Source: a virus. From it: a stretch of 64,000 nt of DNA. A program made the position numbers and the translations under genes. The notes under the pieces are model-generated. The model saw nothing but the letters and a program-made list of their open reading frames with translations, ran no database searches and was not told the origin of the DNA. The stretch is taken from the IMG/VR virus record IMGVR_UViG_3300025030_000053, positions 41,767 to 105,766 of that record; one strand, given 5' to 3'. Positions 37,528-47,484 of this stretch are shown here, piece after piece; within the stretch, counting starts at the first letter, position 1; the number at the start of each line of letters is the position of its first letter.

Positions 37528-39041
37528 TCTAAATCTCCAACATCATCATCAAAGTCTATGATTGATTTTTCATTAGAAAAAATATTATTAAAATTGCTAT
37601 TGTCAAACAAATATTTAATTGTATTAGTATTTTTTTCTATTGGAATAATTTTAGCCATTTGTGGAATATACAAAGAACAAAAAGGATCAAAATGAGTGTC
37701 TCTAGCTTTGACCTTGTGAAACCACATATAATTTTGCCCACTTGGGTCGTTTGGATCGAAACAAGGATTGATTCCTATAACAAAATCAGCATAATCCATA
37801 GTCTTTTTAGAATCCTGGACCATTTCTGGCTGCCATTGAATTTTATCAAAGTCTGCTGTTTCTTCTTTTTTCCTGATGCCTTTTAGCCCTTCACGATTGA
37901 TTTGCTGAGCAGTAATTACCGGAATCCTGTATCTTCGTGCCATTTGTCTCAGTCCGACCGTGGCTCGAGATATAATTTCATATTCTTTCATTCCAGATGA
38001 CGATTCAGCCAATGCCATATTACCAAGATAATCTACAAAAATAGCATCTGGTTTTCTATCGGCTGCGCAAAAATAACGCATCCTTGATTCAATCTCTTCA
38101 ATAGTTGTATTGTCAGGCTGGTCGATGAAATAAAAATAATTGTTGCTCGATGTTTCCTGATCTATAAGAAATTCTTTCCAAGTTTTCATTTCATTTTCGT
38201 CTAATGAAAGATTTTTGTATTGTTCATACATCTTGTTAGTTTTTATAGAAAAATATCTTGAAAGACATTGCCATTGTGGCATTTCAAATGAAAAGAACAA
38301 GATGTTGTTTCCTCTTTCGTGGGCGCCGACTGCCCAATTCAACAGGACCGTGGATTTGCCTTTCCCGAGCTCCCCAAGGATAATAATCAACTGACCTTCA
38401 CGAAATCCATTGGTGGCATTATCTATTTCAGGAATGCCTATTTTTAATCCGCCATCTCTGGATAAATTTTTCTTTTCTTCTTCATACAAAGATATGATTT
38501 CTTCTGCACTTCCGGAAGCATTAATTATTCTAGTTTTTTGCCCCACAGATCCTTTTGAAGAACGAATATCACTAAATTTAGATATTATTTCATCAAGTGC
38601 ATTTATAGGATCTTTATCTTTCAGGATTGATTTCATATCTGGCAGATATTCAATAATTTCTCTTTTTATAGATCTGTCTCTAAGAATATCTAACAGATAT
38701 TCGAAATTTAGATCACTGATATCTTCACTCTGAATTTTTATAAATAATTTGATTATATTAGAAATTATAGATTCTCTAATTTTAGGATCAGAATTGATTT
38801 TCTTGCTATTAATTTCTTTTTGAAAAGAATCAAAAGTAATCACCTCATTATATTTAGCATAAAATTCGACAATAATTTGAAATATTCTTGAATATAATGG
38901 AATGTTAAAATTTTCTGATTTATAATTGAAATAAGATAAATTTATATTCTTGTTTATAGCATTCAGCAGATTGTCTTCACTATGAAGTATGCTTGCAAGT
39001 ATTTTTAATTCTAATTCTTCCTGAATAATTTCGTTTTTCAT
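37524..39041 (-). CDS. dnaB: Replicative DNA helicase
   Basis: GIPEIDNATNG, GELGKGKS, FFSFEM, FVDYL, TAQQINR, ADFVIG, KARD. Confidence 0.9.
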   Translation of the reverse strand: MKNEIIQEELELKILASILHSEDNLLNAINKNINLSYFNYKSENFNIPLYSRIFQIIVEFYAKYNEVITFDSFQKEINSKKINSDPKIRESIISNIIKLFIKIQSEDISDLNFEYLLDILRDRSIKREIIEYLPDMKSILKDKDPINALDEIISKFSDIRSSKGSVGQKTRIINASGSAEEIISLYEEEKKNLSRDGGLKIGIPEIDNATNGFREGQLIIILGELGKGKSTVLLNWAVGAHERGNNILFFSFEMPQWQCLSRYFSIKTNKMYEQYKNLSLDENEMKTWKEFLIDQETSSNNYFYFIDQPDNTTIEEIESRMRYFCAADRKPDAIFVDYLGNMALAESSSGMKEYEIISRATVGLRQMARRYRIPVITAQQINREGLKGIRKKEETADFDKIQWQPEMVQDSKKTMDYADFVIGINPCFDPNDPSGQNYMWFHKVKARDTHFDPFCSLYIPQMAKIIPIEKNTNTIKYLFDNSNFNNIFSNEKSIIDFDDDVGDLE

Positions 39042-39767
39042 TTATATTTCCTTAAATATATCTCTTGTAGATCCTGAAGGAAGTTTTACAATTATCGCAT
39101 TTTTTATGAATGACTGGGTAATCGGGCCAAACATCTCACATAATTTTTGCCCAGATACATAACTGGTCCAAATATTAGGAAGTTTCTCATAATTCCTTTT
39201 ATTAGTGATATACTCCATTTTTTTCAAAAAGAAATTGTTGTTATTATAAGCATAATTTGTAATTCCATCAATAATAATTAATTTTGATGAAATTAATTTT
39301 TCTTCTAATTCATTGACAATATTTTTGCTGTCAAAATCACTCAGTATTGAATAAAAATATATCCAAGGAATAAATAGTATATTTGTATTTTTTTCTATTG
39401 CAGATTTCAATATTATTGAAGACAACAATGTTTTGCCACTACTATTATCCCCTTGAAAAATTATATTTTGACTGCTAATAATTCTATCATTTAAATTTGA
39501 ATTATATTCTAAATTATTACCATTCATAATATCTTCTATATTTTTAGAATATTGAAGAGTTATTTCATAAGCTTTTTTCTTTTGTATTTTTTCCGAAGAT
39601 GACAATTCGTTTCCAAGGGAATCTTGGTTGATGGTGAAATTTTCTATTGTAAGATCCCAGTATTCTGTTGGAATACCAATATTTTTGAATATTTGTTTTT
39701 TTTTGTAATCTATTATTTCTTGCGATGGCACTGCATATCCATTATTTATAGTAAATCCTTTAATCAT
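39042..39767 (-). CDS. DnaC/DnaI/IstB-like helicase loader ATPase
   Basis: IGIPTEYWDLTIENF, GDNSSGKT, LIIIDG, PNIWTS; directly upstream of dnaB. Confidence 0.75.
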   Translation of the reverse strand: MIKGFTINNGYAVPSQEIIDYKKKQIFKNIGIPTEYWDLTIENFTINQDSLGNELSSSEKIQKKKAYEITLQYSKNIEDIMNGNNLEYNSNLNDRIISSQNIIFQGDNSSGKTLLSSIILKSAIEKNTNILFIPWIYFYSILSDFDSKNIVNELEEKLISSKLIIIDGITNYAYNNNNFFLKKMEYITNKRNYEKLPNIWTSYVSGQKLCEMFGPITQSFIKNAIIVKLPSGSTRDIFKEI

Positions 39768-39775
39768 AATTTTTC

Positions 39776-40087
39776 CTATATATTTATTTCCATTGTAGAT
39801 AATATATTGCTCAAATATATAATAGCAAATATATATAATATAACTAATATATTTTCTATTTTTATTTCATTATTTTTAGTTTTCATTATTCCAGTATATG
39901 GTGATGGAATGTTGTCATTATTTGATACAATATCAATTATTTGCCCACTTATAATTGATATGACAAAAATTGGTATATATGACAAAAACAAAAGAATGAT
40001 ATTAATATTTGGAATCATATTATATATACAGATAATTGGATATATTATTGTTGATATATAAAATAATGCTTTGCTATTTTCTGACAT
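39776..40087 (-). CDS. Small membrane protein
   Basis: Three hydrophobic segments. Confidence 0.5.
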   Translation of the reverse strand: MSENSKALFYISTIIYPIICIYNMIPNINIILLFLSYIPIFVISIISGQIIDIVSNNDNIPSPYTGIMKTKNNEIKIENILVILYIFAIIYLSNILSTMEINI

Positions 40088-40865
40088 TTACAATCTCCAA
40101 ATAATGTTTGGGAATTTCTGAATTATAATCAGCATTTCTCCACCAATTTTGTTTTGTGCAATCAAATTTATCCCATATATATGAAAATTCTTCTCTCCAT
40201 TTCAACAGATTGAAATTTTCTGGGTAAGGAGACATATTGATGCTTTGTTTGGCAATTTTGTTGATTGAATTTACTTTTCTTTCATTCACTAATTTTATTA
40301 ATTTTTTTTCTATATTTTTGTAGATCAATGATTTGTCTTTGTCCATAATATATTCAATATATGTAGATATAATCGGTATTCCATATGATTCTAAAAGATT
40401 AGTGATTGGTTTTCCATTTTTTACAAATTCATTCAATCTTTTCAAGAATTCTGTGTCATATTCTATGGAATTTTCTTCTTTTGCAGAGAAATTATTTAAA
40501 AATAGTTTCAAATCGTGCAACATAAAATCTGGATTTTTTTGTAAAATTTCTGATTTATTTTCTTTGCACCAATCTAAAAATAATTTTAGATCTTTTTTTC
40601 TTTTGTGTCCATTCTTGCTTAATTCTGATTTAATTTTCTGTATTTCTGGTATATCAATAGCGAATGTTATATTGTAATCTGAATCTTTGACTTCAAAAAA
40701 TATATTTTTGAAATATAAAACAAAATCTTTATTAGTCCATTCTTCTATCGGTTTTGATGTTATATTGTCCCATCCAAAATTCCAATCAGATTCGCCCGAT
40801 GAATCAAGACTTTGATTCACTTTTTCATTGATTTGATAAATTATTTTCTCTATGTCAGTCAGCAT
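40074..40865 (-). CDS. Hypothetical protein (possible replication initiator)
   Basis: KPIEEWTNKDFVLYF; upstream of loader and helicase. Confidence 0.5.
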   Translation of the reverse strand: MLTDIEKIIYQINEKVNQSLDSSGESDWNFGWDNITSKPIEEWTNKDFVLYFKNIFFEVKDSDYNITFAIDIPEIQKIKSELSKNGHKRKKDLKLFLDWCKENKSEILQKNPDFMLHDLKLFLNNFSAKEENSIEYDTEFLKRLNEFVKNGKPITNLLESYGIPIISTYIEYIMDKDKSLIYKNIEKKLIKLVNERKVNSINKIAKQSINMSPYPENFNLLKWREEFSYIWDKFDCTKQNWWRNADYNSEIPKHYLEIVNVRK

Positions 40866-40876
40866 CTTGGCTCAGA

Positions 40877-41593
40877 CTACTCATCAACATCGGAAGTTTC
40901 AGGTTCGGAGTCAAACAAGCCTACGGCGTCCGAATATTTCTGGCTGACATCCTCTACATGGCTGGTATCGCCAATTTTCCTGAAATACCATATTTTATCA
41001 GCATACTGCAAAAATTCTTTGGCATGGGTAATCATGATTAGCTGCCTTCCAGACCATGCAGCGCCTGCGTTGTCGGGGTTGATGATTTCTAGGATGACCT
41101 CTGTGGCAGCAGCACGAAGATCGTCTGACAAAAATTTGAAATATTCATCAGACAATATCGGGCCTTCGATCGTTGGCGTCATCAATTCCAATTGAGAAAT
41201 ACAAAAAACCATAGACAGCAGATCAACCATTCCGCCGCCGCACTGATCCAAATCAATACTTACCTTTTCATTATTTTCAATTGGAATGCCTATATTTATA
41301 TTCGCAACAGAACTCCTTCTGTTTTCTGAATATTCTATTTTGAGATCATATCCTTCTCCAAACACAGATGACAATGCGGTAGTCCCAAGTTCTTCAAAAA
41401 CACTTTTTGATTTATCTCTACATGTTTCCATAAATTGAAGAATCATTGAAGATGATTCTTCATGAATTGCCTTCTCTTTTTTGATTTTTTCAAGATTTTC
41501 TTTTGTTTCTTCAATTTTAGAAAGTATATCTTCTCTTTTAGATTGTTGTAATTTTAATTTTGATAATTTTTCTATAAATCTATTTTTATTCAT
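40877..41593 (-). CDS. sbcC: SbcC/Rad50 C-terminal half
   Basis: Coiled coil, signature CGGGM, Walker B ILSDE, H-loop MITH. Confidence 0.85.
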   Translation of the reverse strand: MNKNRFIEKLSKLKLQQSKREDILSKIEETKENLEKIKKEKAIHEESSSMILQFMETCRDKSKSVFEELGTTALSSVFGEGYDLKIEYSENRRSSVANINIGIPIENNEKVSIDLDQCGGGMVDLLSMVFCISQLELMTPTIEGPILSDEYFKFLSDDLRAAATEVILEIINPDNAGAAWSGRQLIMITHAKEFLQYADKIWYFRKIGDTSHVEDVSQKYSDAVGLFDSEPETSDVDE

Positions 41594-41846
41594 TAAAATC
41601 TTCTTCTGACACGATCTTTTTTATTTCATCTAATCCTTCTTGGAGTTCTTTTGTCCATTGTGATATATTTTTTTCAATATCTTTGATAGAAATTCCAAGT
41701 TCAGATTCTAATTTTTTCAATAATTCATTTTTTTGCAATAACATTTGTTGCTTTTCACCCTCCAACCTATCTATTTTGGATTGCGCATTCTTGGCAACTT
41801 GTTTATATTTTTTTATTTCATCAAAGAAAATATTTATATCATTCAT
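41586..41846 (-). CDS. Small coiled-coil protein inside the SbcCD cluster
   Basis: 86 aa heptad-rich sequence. Confidence 0.65.
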   Translation of the reverse strand: MNDINIFFDEIKKYKQVAKNAQSKIDRLEGEKQQMLLQKNELLKKLESELGISIKDIEKNISQWTKELQEGLDEIKKIVSEEDFNE

Positions 41847-42810
41847 CTATTTTTCTCTCATTCTTGATTTCATCTATAATAGATGAAATCAATTTAATTA
41901 TTTCATCTTTGTTTTTATGATCTTTACAAAATATTTTAAAATCATCAATAATTGAATCTGATAATTTAAATATACCAGACGATCTTAATCCATCTAATTT
42001 CTTGGCTAATTCATTTCTACTTAATCTTTTATTTTTGTTGTCCAAAGCCGCTTGTAGATTGAATATCTGCTTTCCTATGCCAGCAGTTTTCAGCGGTATG
42101 TTGGCTATTTTTAGATTATCTTGATCTATGTCAACGAACAGAACTTGTAATTTTCTTTCTATGTCAGATTTAGTGGCAGATTTTCTAGCAATTGCACCTG
42201 GGTTGCAAAAAATTACACCATCGTCCCGGTGAACAGAAGGATATCCTGGATGATAATGCCCTGATATGACCAATTCAGTTTTTTGATGAACCTTGAAATC
42301 TTTTATCAAAATATGATCATCGCTGATAAATGGTGTAGGAAGTATATTAGCGTGCATCACATATATTTCACAATCATTATTGCTGTGATCTATATGTTCT
42401 ATGTCGTGCTGATAATGTCCAAAATAAATTGATGTATCTTTTAGTTTAAGTTTTTTATGTGGAATTTCTAATCCACATTGTGATAATGTCCCCAATGCAG
42501 TACGCATCAGAGAATCTGGATTATGTCCTATGATGTCATGATTACCTATCACAGAATACATAGGTATTCCCCAGGATTCGCCAGATGGTGAAGTTTGAAA
42601 TATTTTAATTATTTCATTTCTAACAATTCCATTTGGTTCAAATGAATCAAATATATCTCCTAAAAAAATAACTGCTTCACATTGCTTGTTGGCAGCAATA
42701 TTTAATGATTCATTGATGCAATTTTCAATATCTTCTCTATAACAATCAATTCTTAATGATGGATTAGTGTATCTATAATGAGTATCACCTATAAAAAGAA
42801 TTTTAGACAT
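41839..42810 (-). CDS. sbcD: SbcD/Mre11 metallophosphoesterase nuclease
   Basis: GDTH, LGDIFD, GNHD, MH, SGHYH, NPGAIAR. Confidence 0.9.
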   Translation of the reverse strand: MSKILFIGDTHYRYTNPSLRIDCYREDIENCINESLNIAANKQCEAVIFLGDIFDSFEPNGIVRNEIIKIFQTSPSGESWGIPMYSVIGNHDIIGHNPDSLMRTALGTLSQCGLEIPHKKLKLKDTSIYFGHYQHDIEHIDHSNNDCEIYVMHANILPTPFISDDHILIKDFKVHQKTELVISGHYHPGYPSVHRDDGVIFCNPGAIARKSATKSDIERKLQVLFVDIDQDNLKIANIPLKTAGIGKQIFNLQAALDNKNKRLSRNELAKKLDGLRSSGIFKLSDSIIDDFKIFCKDHKNKDEIIKLISSIIDEIKNERKIDE

Positions 42811-44057
42811 TATTCTTCTCCTAGATGATAAGCTATATGATCATAGTCTTTGTCGCCAAGTTGGTGATCACATAATGGACATTGATTATTTTGGTTAAAA
42901 TATTTATATATGTATAATTTCATATTATTTATATCATTGCTCTTTGATTTTTTAAATTCATTGATTTTATTTTCTATTGATTTTTCTTCGTCAGATATGT
43001 TGGAAATAGTTTTTTTATATTTTTCATATTTCTCTAAAATATTGATTATTTTTTCATATTTATTTATATTCAGGTTATATTTTGTTTGGTTGCTATTAAT
43101 GGAATTATCTATATTTTTCAGATTTTTATTTATTTTGTCTATTTGAATGATTATTGTATTTGACAATTCCATTTTAGAAATAAGTAAATCTACATATTGC
43201 AATTTTGTCTCCACAGAAACAAATTTATTTAATTTTTTTATTTCATTATTGACAATTGAATATCTATTTTTTAGATATTCTGCTTCAATCAATATTTTCT
43301 TTGCTATTGAAATTTTTCGCTCTAATTCCTCATTGCGTTCAATTTTAGGAATAATAATATTTTCAATTAAATTTATTTTTTCTGATACATCTGGGAAAAA
43401 TTCAATTTCATTCGTAAGTCTGGCGTATTCTTCTGCATATATTTTTTCTTTTGTTGGGAATTCTCCATGATGATGTATTCTTGAATTGATCACAGACAAA
43501 GCTTCTTCAAATAAATCAAGGTTATTCAACTTTGAAATGATTCCAGATAGAGCATTACCTTGATATGTTAAAGCCCTCGGTGGCTCAAATTGGGCCAGAT
43601 AATTGACTATATTCTTTTTGCCTCCGATGAGAACTGAACCAAAACCTAAAACTTCTTTGATTTCGTCTGGAACATCATATCCGAACTGGTTGTAGGTAGT
43701 TTCTCCCACATCTGGATTTATCAAAATATATTTATTCGCTGATCCGCCGGTAGAATCCTGATTGCCGGATCTTCTACGGATAACTTTATATCCATTAGAA
43801 AGTTCTATTTCAACAGATGCAATATTGTGTTGTTTTCTTTTTTTATCAGATTTTTGAGATTGTATAGAATCGTAATCTTTTCTAACAAATTTATTAGAAG
43901 ATGGTTCATTAAAACAAACCCATATGATTGCTCTGATCAATGAAGATTTACCAGAATTTGAACTACCAGTAAGAATGTTGAATCCTGGGCTAAATTCAAC
44001 ATATGTATCTTTGTGGCTTTCAAAGTTTTGTATTTTTATATTTTTTATCCAAATCAT
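42810..44057 (-). CDS. sbcC: SbcC/Rad50 N-terminal half ending at the zinc hook
   Basis: IQNFESH, Walker A GSSNSGKSS, Q-loop LAQF, coiled coil, terminal CPLC. Confidence 0.9.
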   Translation of the reverse strand: MIWIKNIKIQNFESHKDTYVEFSPGFNILTGSSNSGKSSLIRAIIWVCFNEPSSNKFVRKDYDSIQSQKSDKKRKQHNIASVEIELSNGYKVIRRRSGNQDSTGGSANKYILINPDVGETTYNQFGYDVPDEIKEVLGFGSVLIGGKKNIVNYLAQFEPPRALTYQGNALSGIISKLNNLDLFEEALSVINSRIHHHGEFPTKEKIYAEEYARLTNEIEFFPDVSEKINLIENIIIPKIERNEELERKISIAKKILIEAEYLKNRYSIVNNEIKKLNKFVSVETKLQYVDLLISKMELSNTIIIQIDKINKNLKNIDNSINSNQTKYNLNINKYEKIINILEKYEKYKKTISNISDEEKSIENKINEFKKSKSNDINNMKLYIYKYFNQNNQCPLCDHQLGDKDYDHIAYHLGEE

Positions 44058-44839
44058 ATTTTATATTTATTCAAGATATATTCCATATAGTCAGAATTAT
44101 TTTTAGATAGTTTGTTTTTGATATTTTTTTCTCTTGCTTCATAATTGAAATGCTTCATCATCGCACTTCGATCTTGAATATCTCCGGTAAAAGGAGACTC
44201 TTCAACAACGCGATTTTCAACTGGATTAATATTGCTTTGCTCGATCCTTCGTTCGGACATTTCTCGCGCCAAAATAGAATTTTTTACTTCAATGGAAACA
44301 CCATCTTTTTGCATATCAATAATATCTTTTGAAATATTTTCTATATCTTTAAATATGGAGCATCTTTCTTCGTGAATGGAAACTATTTTTGGGTTTATTT
44401 TATATACAAACATTTGATTATCTATATATTTTTCTAATTTTAACTCTTGAATATAATTTTCAAAATTATTCCATCCATCATCTAAAAGTTCTCTCAACAA
44501 GTGAGAATATGACATAATAAAATCATATATATTTATTGAATCATCTATGTATTTTTCAAACACGCCGCTCAGCGGTGCATCTAATGCTTTCTTTGTGTGT
44601 GTCAGAACTATTTCATCATCTTTGACTTTTGTGGCACTATAATATTCCAAAAATCCCTCTGATACTGCCATTCCTGCACGAAGTATTCCAGAAATTTGCA
44701 ATGAATCATGATTTTTTGATTGTTCTAAAAATTCTTTTATAGATTTAATATAAATGATGTTTTCATTATCTGGCAAAAATTTCAGACTATTAAGATAGTC
44801 TTCGTGTTTTCCATAGATGTATAATTTTATTAAAGGCAT
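44054..44839 (-). CDS. Hypothetical protein
   Basis: 261 aa, RBS GGAG. Confidence 0.65.
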   Translation of the reverse strand: MPLIKLYIYGKHEDYLNSLKFLPDNENIIYIKSIKEFLEQSKNHDSLQISGILRAGMAVSEGFLEYYSATKVKDDEIVLTHTKKALDAPLSGVFEKYIDDSINIYDFIMSYSHLLRELLDDGWNNFENYIQELKLEKYIDNQMFVYKINPKIVSIHEERCSIFKDIENISKDIIDMQKDGVSIEVKNSILAREMSERRIEQSNINPVENRVVEESPFTGDIQDRSAMMKHFNYEAREKNIKNKLSKNNSDYMEYILNKYKI

Positions 44840-44879
44840 TTTTTATTCTCCAAAGAAATAATAGTTTGGGAGTGATATT

Positions 44880-45086
44880 ATGTCAAAAGTATTGAAAAAA
44901 ATTGTAGATTATGAAATTGCTATGGATTTGATCAATGATTTGAGAGCAAAAATAAAAATAAATCCAACTATGGAAGATTATGACGATTTGTTGCAATGTT
45001 GGAATAGACTATATGAATATATGTCGACTGCCCCAGTAGAACAAACAGGAGCGTCACTCCCCAGGATACTCACCGCTCGGCGATGA
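44880..45086 (+). CDS. Small hypothetical protein under a SigH-type promoter
   Basis: RBS GGAG; AGGC-N17-GAAA at 44834..44858. Confidence 0.6.
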   Translation: MSKVLKKIVDYEIAMDLINDLRAKIKINPTMEDYDDLLQCWNRLYEYMSTAPVEQTGASLPRILTARR

Positions 45087-45425
45087 ATTCAAGCACAACC
45101 TAGACGATAATCTGATATTTTTCAATATATTTTCTATAATTTCAAATGATTTTTTTATAGATTTCAAAAGATTGATATCAAGAAATATATATATTTCTTC
45201 TTCAATTTCTCTGATATATAAATTATTTAATCCCTTGAATGAATCTTCTATTGCAATAGAAGATATATATTTTATTTTAGAATATGGAATATTTTGAAAA
45301 TGGTTAGATAGAATTTCTTTTAGTGCTATATCTATTTGATATTTGAGAACATTTATGTTCTCATTTGTAGATATTGAAAACAAAATTTTATCGCTGCCGT
45401 AATCCCACTCAAATTTATTTAACAT
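45054..45425 (-). CDS. Hypothetical protein
   Basis: 123 aa, coupled to the upstream stop (TAATG). Confidence 0.55.
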   Translation of the reverse strand: MLNKFEWDYGSDKILFSISTNENINVLKYQIDIALKEILSNHFQNIPYSKIKYISSIAIEDSFKGLNNLYIREIEEEIYIFLDINLLKSIKKSFEIIENILKNIRLSSRLCLNSSPSGEYPGE

Positions 45426-46198
45426 TATTTTCTCACAAATATTTCAGAATTATTAGTTGTTTGTTTTGATTTTTTCCAATCTTTTTCACAATCATAACAA
45501 TAGAATGAATCTATTCCTAAATTTAGGATATTGTTTCCACACTCACCACAATATGGGCATGATACTCCTTTGAGATTAGAAAGTTCTTCTTCTTCATTGA
45601 TCTCAAAATATTCTATCATAAATTCCTTGTCATCGAAATCAGCATCTATAAATATTGAATTTTCTTCTTTTAATATTTCTTCATAATTTTCACTAATTTC
45701 TTTTAGTTGATTAGATACAAATTCAATTCTGTCATCTTCTGAAATTCCTACAACAGAATTGCTTGATGATGTTTTCTTTGTTCTCAATATTTCTAATGAT
45801 CTTTCTACAAAAATATAAATATATTCATTCAAGATTGGCAAATCTGATTTTTTGAAATCATCTAAATTAGGAATAAATATATCTGTATCCTTGGTGATGT
45901 TCAAAGATATTATATGATCTAATTTTTTTAGAATATTTTCAATATTAAATTTTTCTTCATCTATAATTTTTGATACATATATCAGTAGACAAGCAAATGA
46001 AACTTTGAATAAATTTTCTTTTGATATAGATTTTATATTGATGCTGACATTGTTCAATTTTATATTTAATTCAGATTGTTTTTCTGAATCTAATAATTCC
46101 AGATATTTAGGATATTTCATTTCACAATATGAAAGAAATTTATCTTCTGATGTCATATCAACTAATATTCCATTATTATTTTCCATATATGTCTCCAT
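45425..46198 (-). CDS. Hypothetical protein with C-terminal zinc ribbon
   Basis: CPYCG...CYDC. Confidence 0.6.
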   Translation of the reverse strand: METYMENNNGILVDMTSEDKFLSYCEMKYPKYLELLDSEKQSELNIKLNNVSINIKSISKENLFKVSFACLLIYVSKIIDEEKFNIENILKKLDHIISLNITKDTDIFIPNLDDFKKSDLPILNEYIYIFVERSLEILRTKKTSSSNSVVGISEDDRIEFVSNQLKEISENYEEILKEENSIFIDADFDDKEFMIEYFEINEEEELSNLKGVSCPYCGECGNNILNLGIDSFYCYDCEKDWKKSKQTTNNSEIFVRK

Positions 46199-46261
46199 TA
46201 AAAAGGTTTCAAGGATATTATATTAGAATTAAACTTCAAATATCAAATTTTGGAGAGTAAA

Positions 46262-46714
46262 ATGGAAAATGAATTATTGGGATTTCAAAAAGAATATTGG
46301 CGAGCATTGACATTCAACAACAAGCAAGAAGCAGATGATATAGAAAAAAGATGGGAGAAGCATTCAAAAAAGCAATTAGACTTGTTGAAAAAAGAAGCAC
46401 AATTAAAAATTATTGAAGATATTTATGATAATATAAATTATTTAGATAGTTTAGCGTATGCTAATGATAATAATTCTAATTGGAATGATTATCTGGAATT
46501 TTTAAAAGAATCTAAAAATAACAGAGAAATTATAACCAAATTTGCATCTAATTCTGATTATATCTATGGCAAAAAGTTTGTTGTATCTAATAAACTTTTT
46601 GAAGAAAAAATGATGACATTAGAAAATCCAGTAATTGAATTCAAAATTTTAAGAAATAGTTTAAAAGATTTTCAATCAGAACTAGAATCGGAAATTTCTT
46701 CACCGACTTCATAG
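46262..46714 (+). CDS. Hypothetical protein with K-x-A motifs under a SigH-type promoter
   Basis: ATG 46262 with RBS GGAG; AGGT-N18-GAAT at 46204..46229; LKKEAQ, ITKFAS. Confidence 0.6.
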   Translation: MENELLGFQKEYWRALTFNNKQEADDIEKRWEKHSKKQLDLLKKEAQLKIIEDIYDNINYLDSLAYANDNNSNWNDYLEFLKESKNNREIITKFASNSDYIYGKKFVVSNKLFEEKMMTLENPVIEFKILRNSLKDFQSELESEISSPTS

Positions 46715-46953
46715 TCTAAAAATGAAAGTGCCCCTCCTCTGTATATAAAATCTTTTAGTCCAGATATATCTTTATTTAGTTCTGGAACATTCAATGTATT
46801 TCTAAAAATTATTTCAATGTAATCTTTCATTTCTGACATAAGAGAAATTTGAGTACAGATCAAAATTCTATCAATATTTTCTTCCTCTATTGATTTAGCA
46901 AATATATTTATAAATTGTGATTTTTTCAGTCTTGGTAGTCTATCATTCATCAT
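46672..46953 (-). CDS. Hypothetical protein
   Basis: 93 aa ORF. Confidence 0.5.
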   Translation of the reverse strand: MMNDRLPRLKKSQFINIFAKSIEEENIDRILICTQISLMSEMKDYIEIIFRNTLNVPELNKDISGLKDFIYRGGALSFLDYEVGEEISDSSSD

Positions 46954-47461
46954 TGTTGGCCTTTCTAATAATTATATTTTGATCATCAACCCTGTCGCCA
47001 TTTGAAATTTCATTAGGCATCACACCACTAATTATCACTTTGTCGTTCTCATTGATATTTCTAGGGACTATATTCGTAGATATATAAAATATTTTATTTT
47101 TTTGTTTAATCAAAGTGTATTTGTCATCTATTTTTTTGACATGTGCTATTGACTTATTATTGGATTCTTTTTCAAAGAACTCTTTTTTATTGATGTAGTT
47201 GCAAGACAAGCATCTAATTAAATTTATATCTAATTTGTTGAATTTAATATTTCTTGATATATACTTGTTTAATTTCTTGTTGAAAATAATTTCTGATATA
47301 AAATCTTTGGAATCAATCCAGAATGCAAAAAAATTGTTATTTATATTTGTCCCACAATTTGGACAAACTATTTCTATTTTTTCTATCGCCTCTCCTACTG
47401 GAGAATAATTAGATGCCATCGGAAAAAGGACTTCTGAATTTTTTGAAGAATTTATTTTCAT
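46943..47461 (-). CDS. Zinc-ribbon protein
   Basis: CPNCG...CLSC. Confidence 0.55.
   Translation of the reverse strand: MKINSSKNSEVLFPMASNYSPVGEAIEKIEIVCPNCGTNINNNFFAFWIDSKDFISEIIFNKKLNKYISRNIKFNKLDINLIRCLSCNYINKKEFFEKESNNKSIAHVKKIDDKYTLIKQKNKIFYISTNIVPRNINENDKVIISGVMPNEISNGDRVDDQNIIIRKANNDE
47427..47451 (+). promoter_or_regulatory. SigH-type promoter AGGA-N17-GAAT
   Basis: aaAGGActtctgaattttttgaaGAAT upstream of the HD gene. Confidence 0.7.
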
Positions 47462-47484
47462 AGTTTAGGAGAGTACTCTTATCA

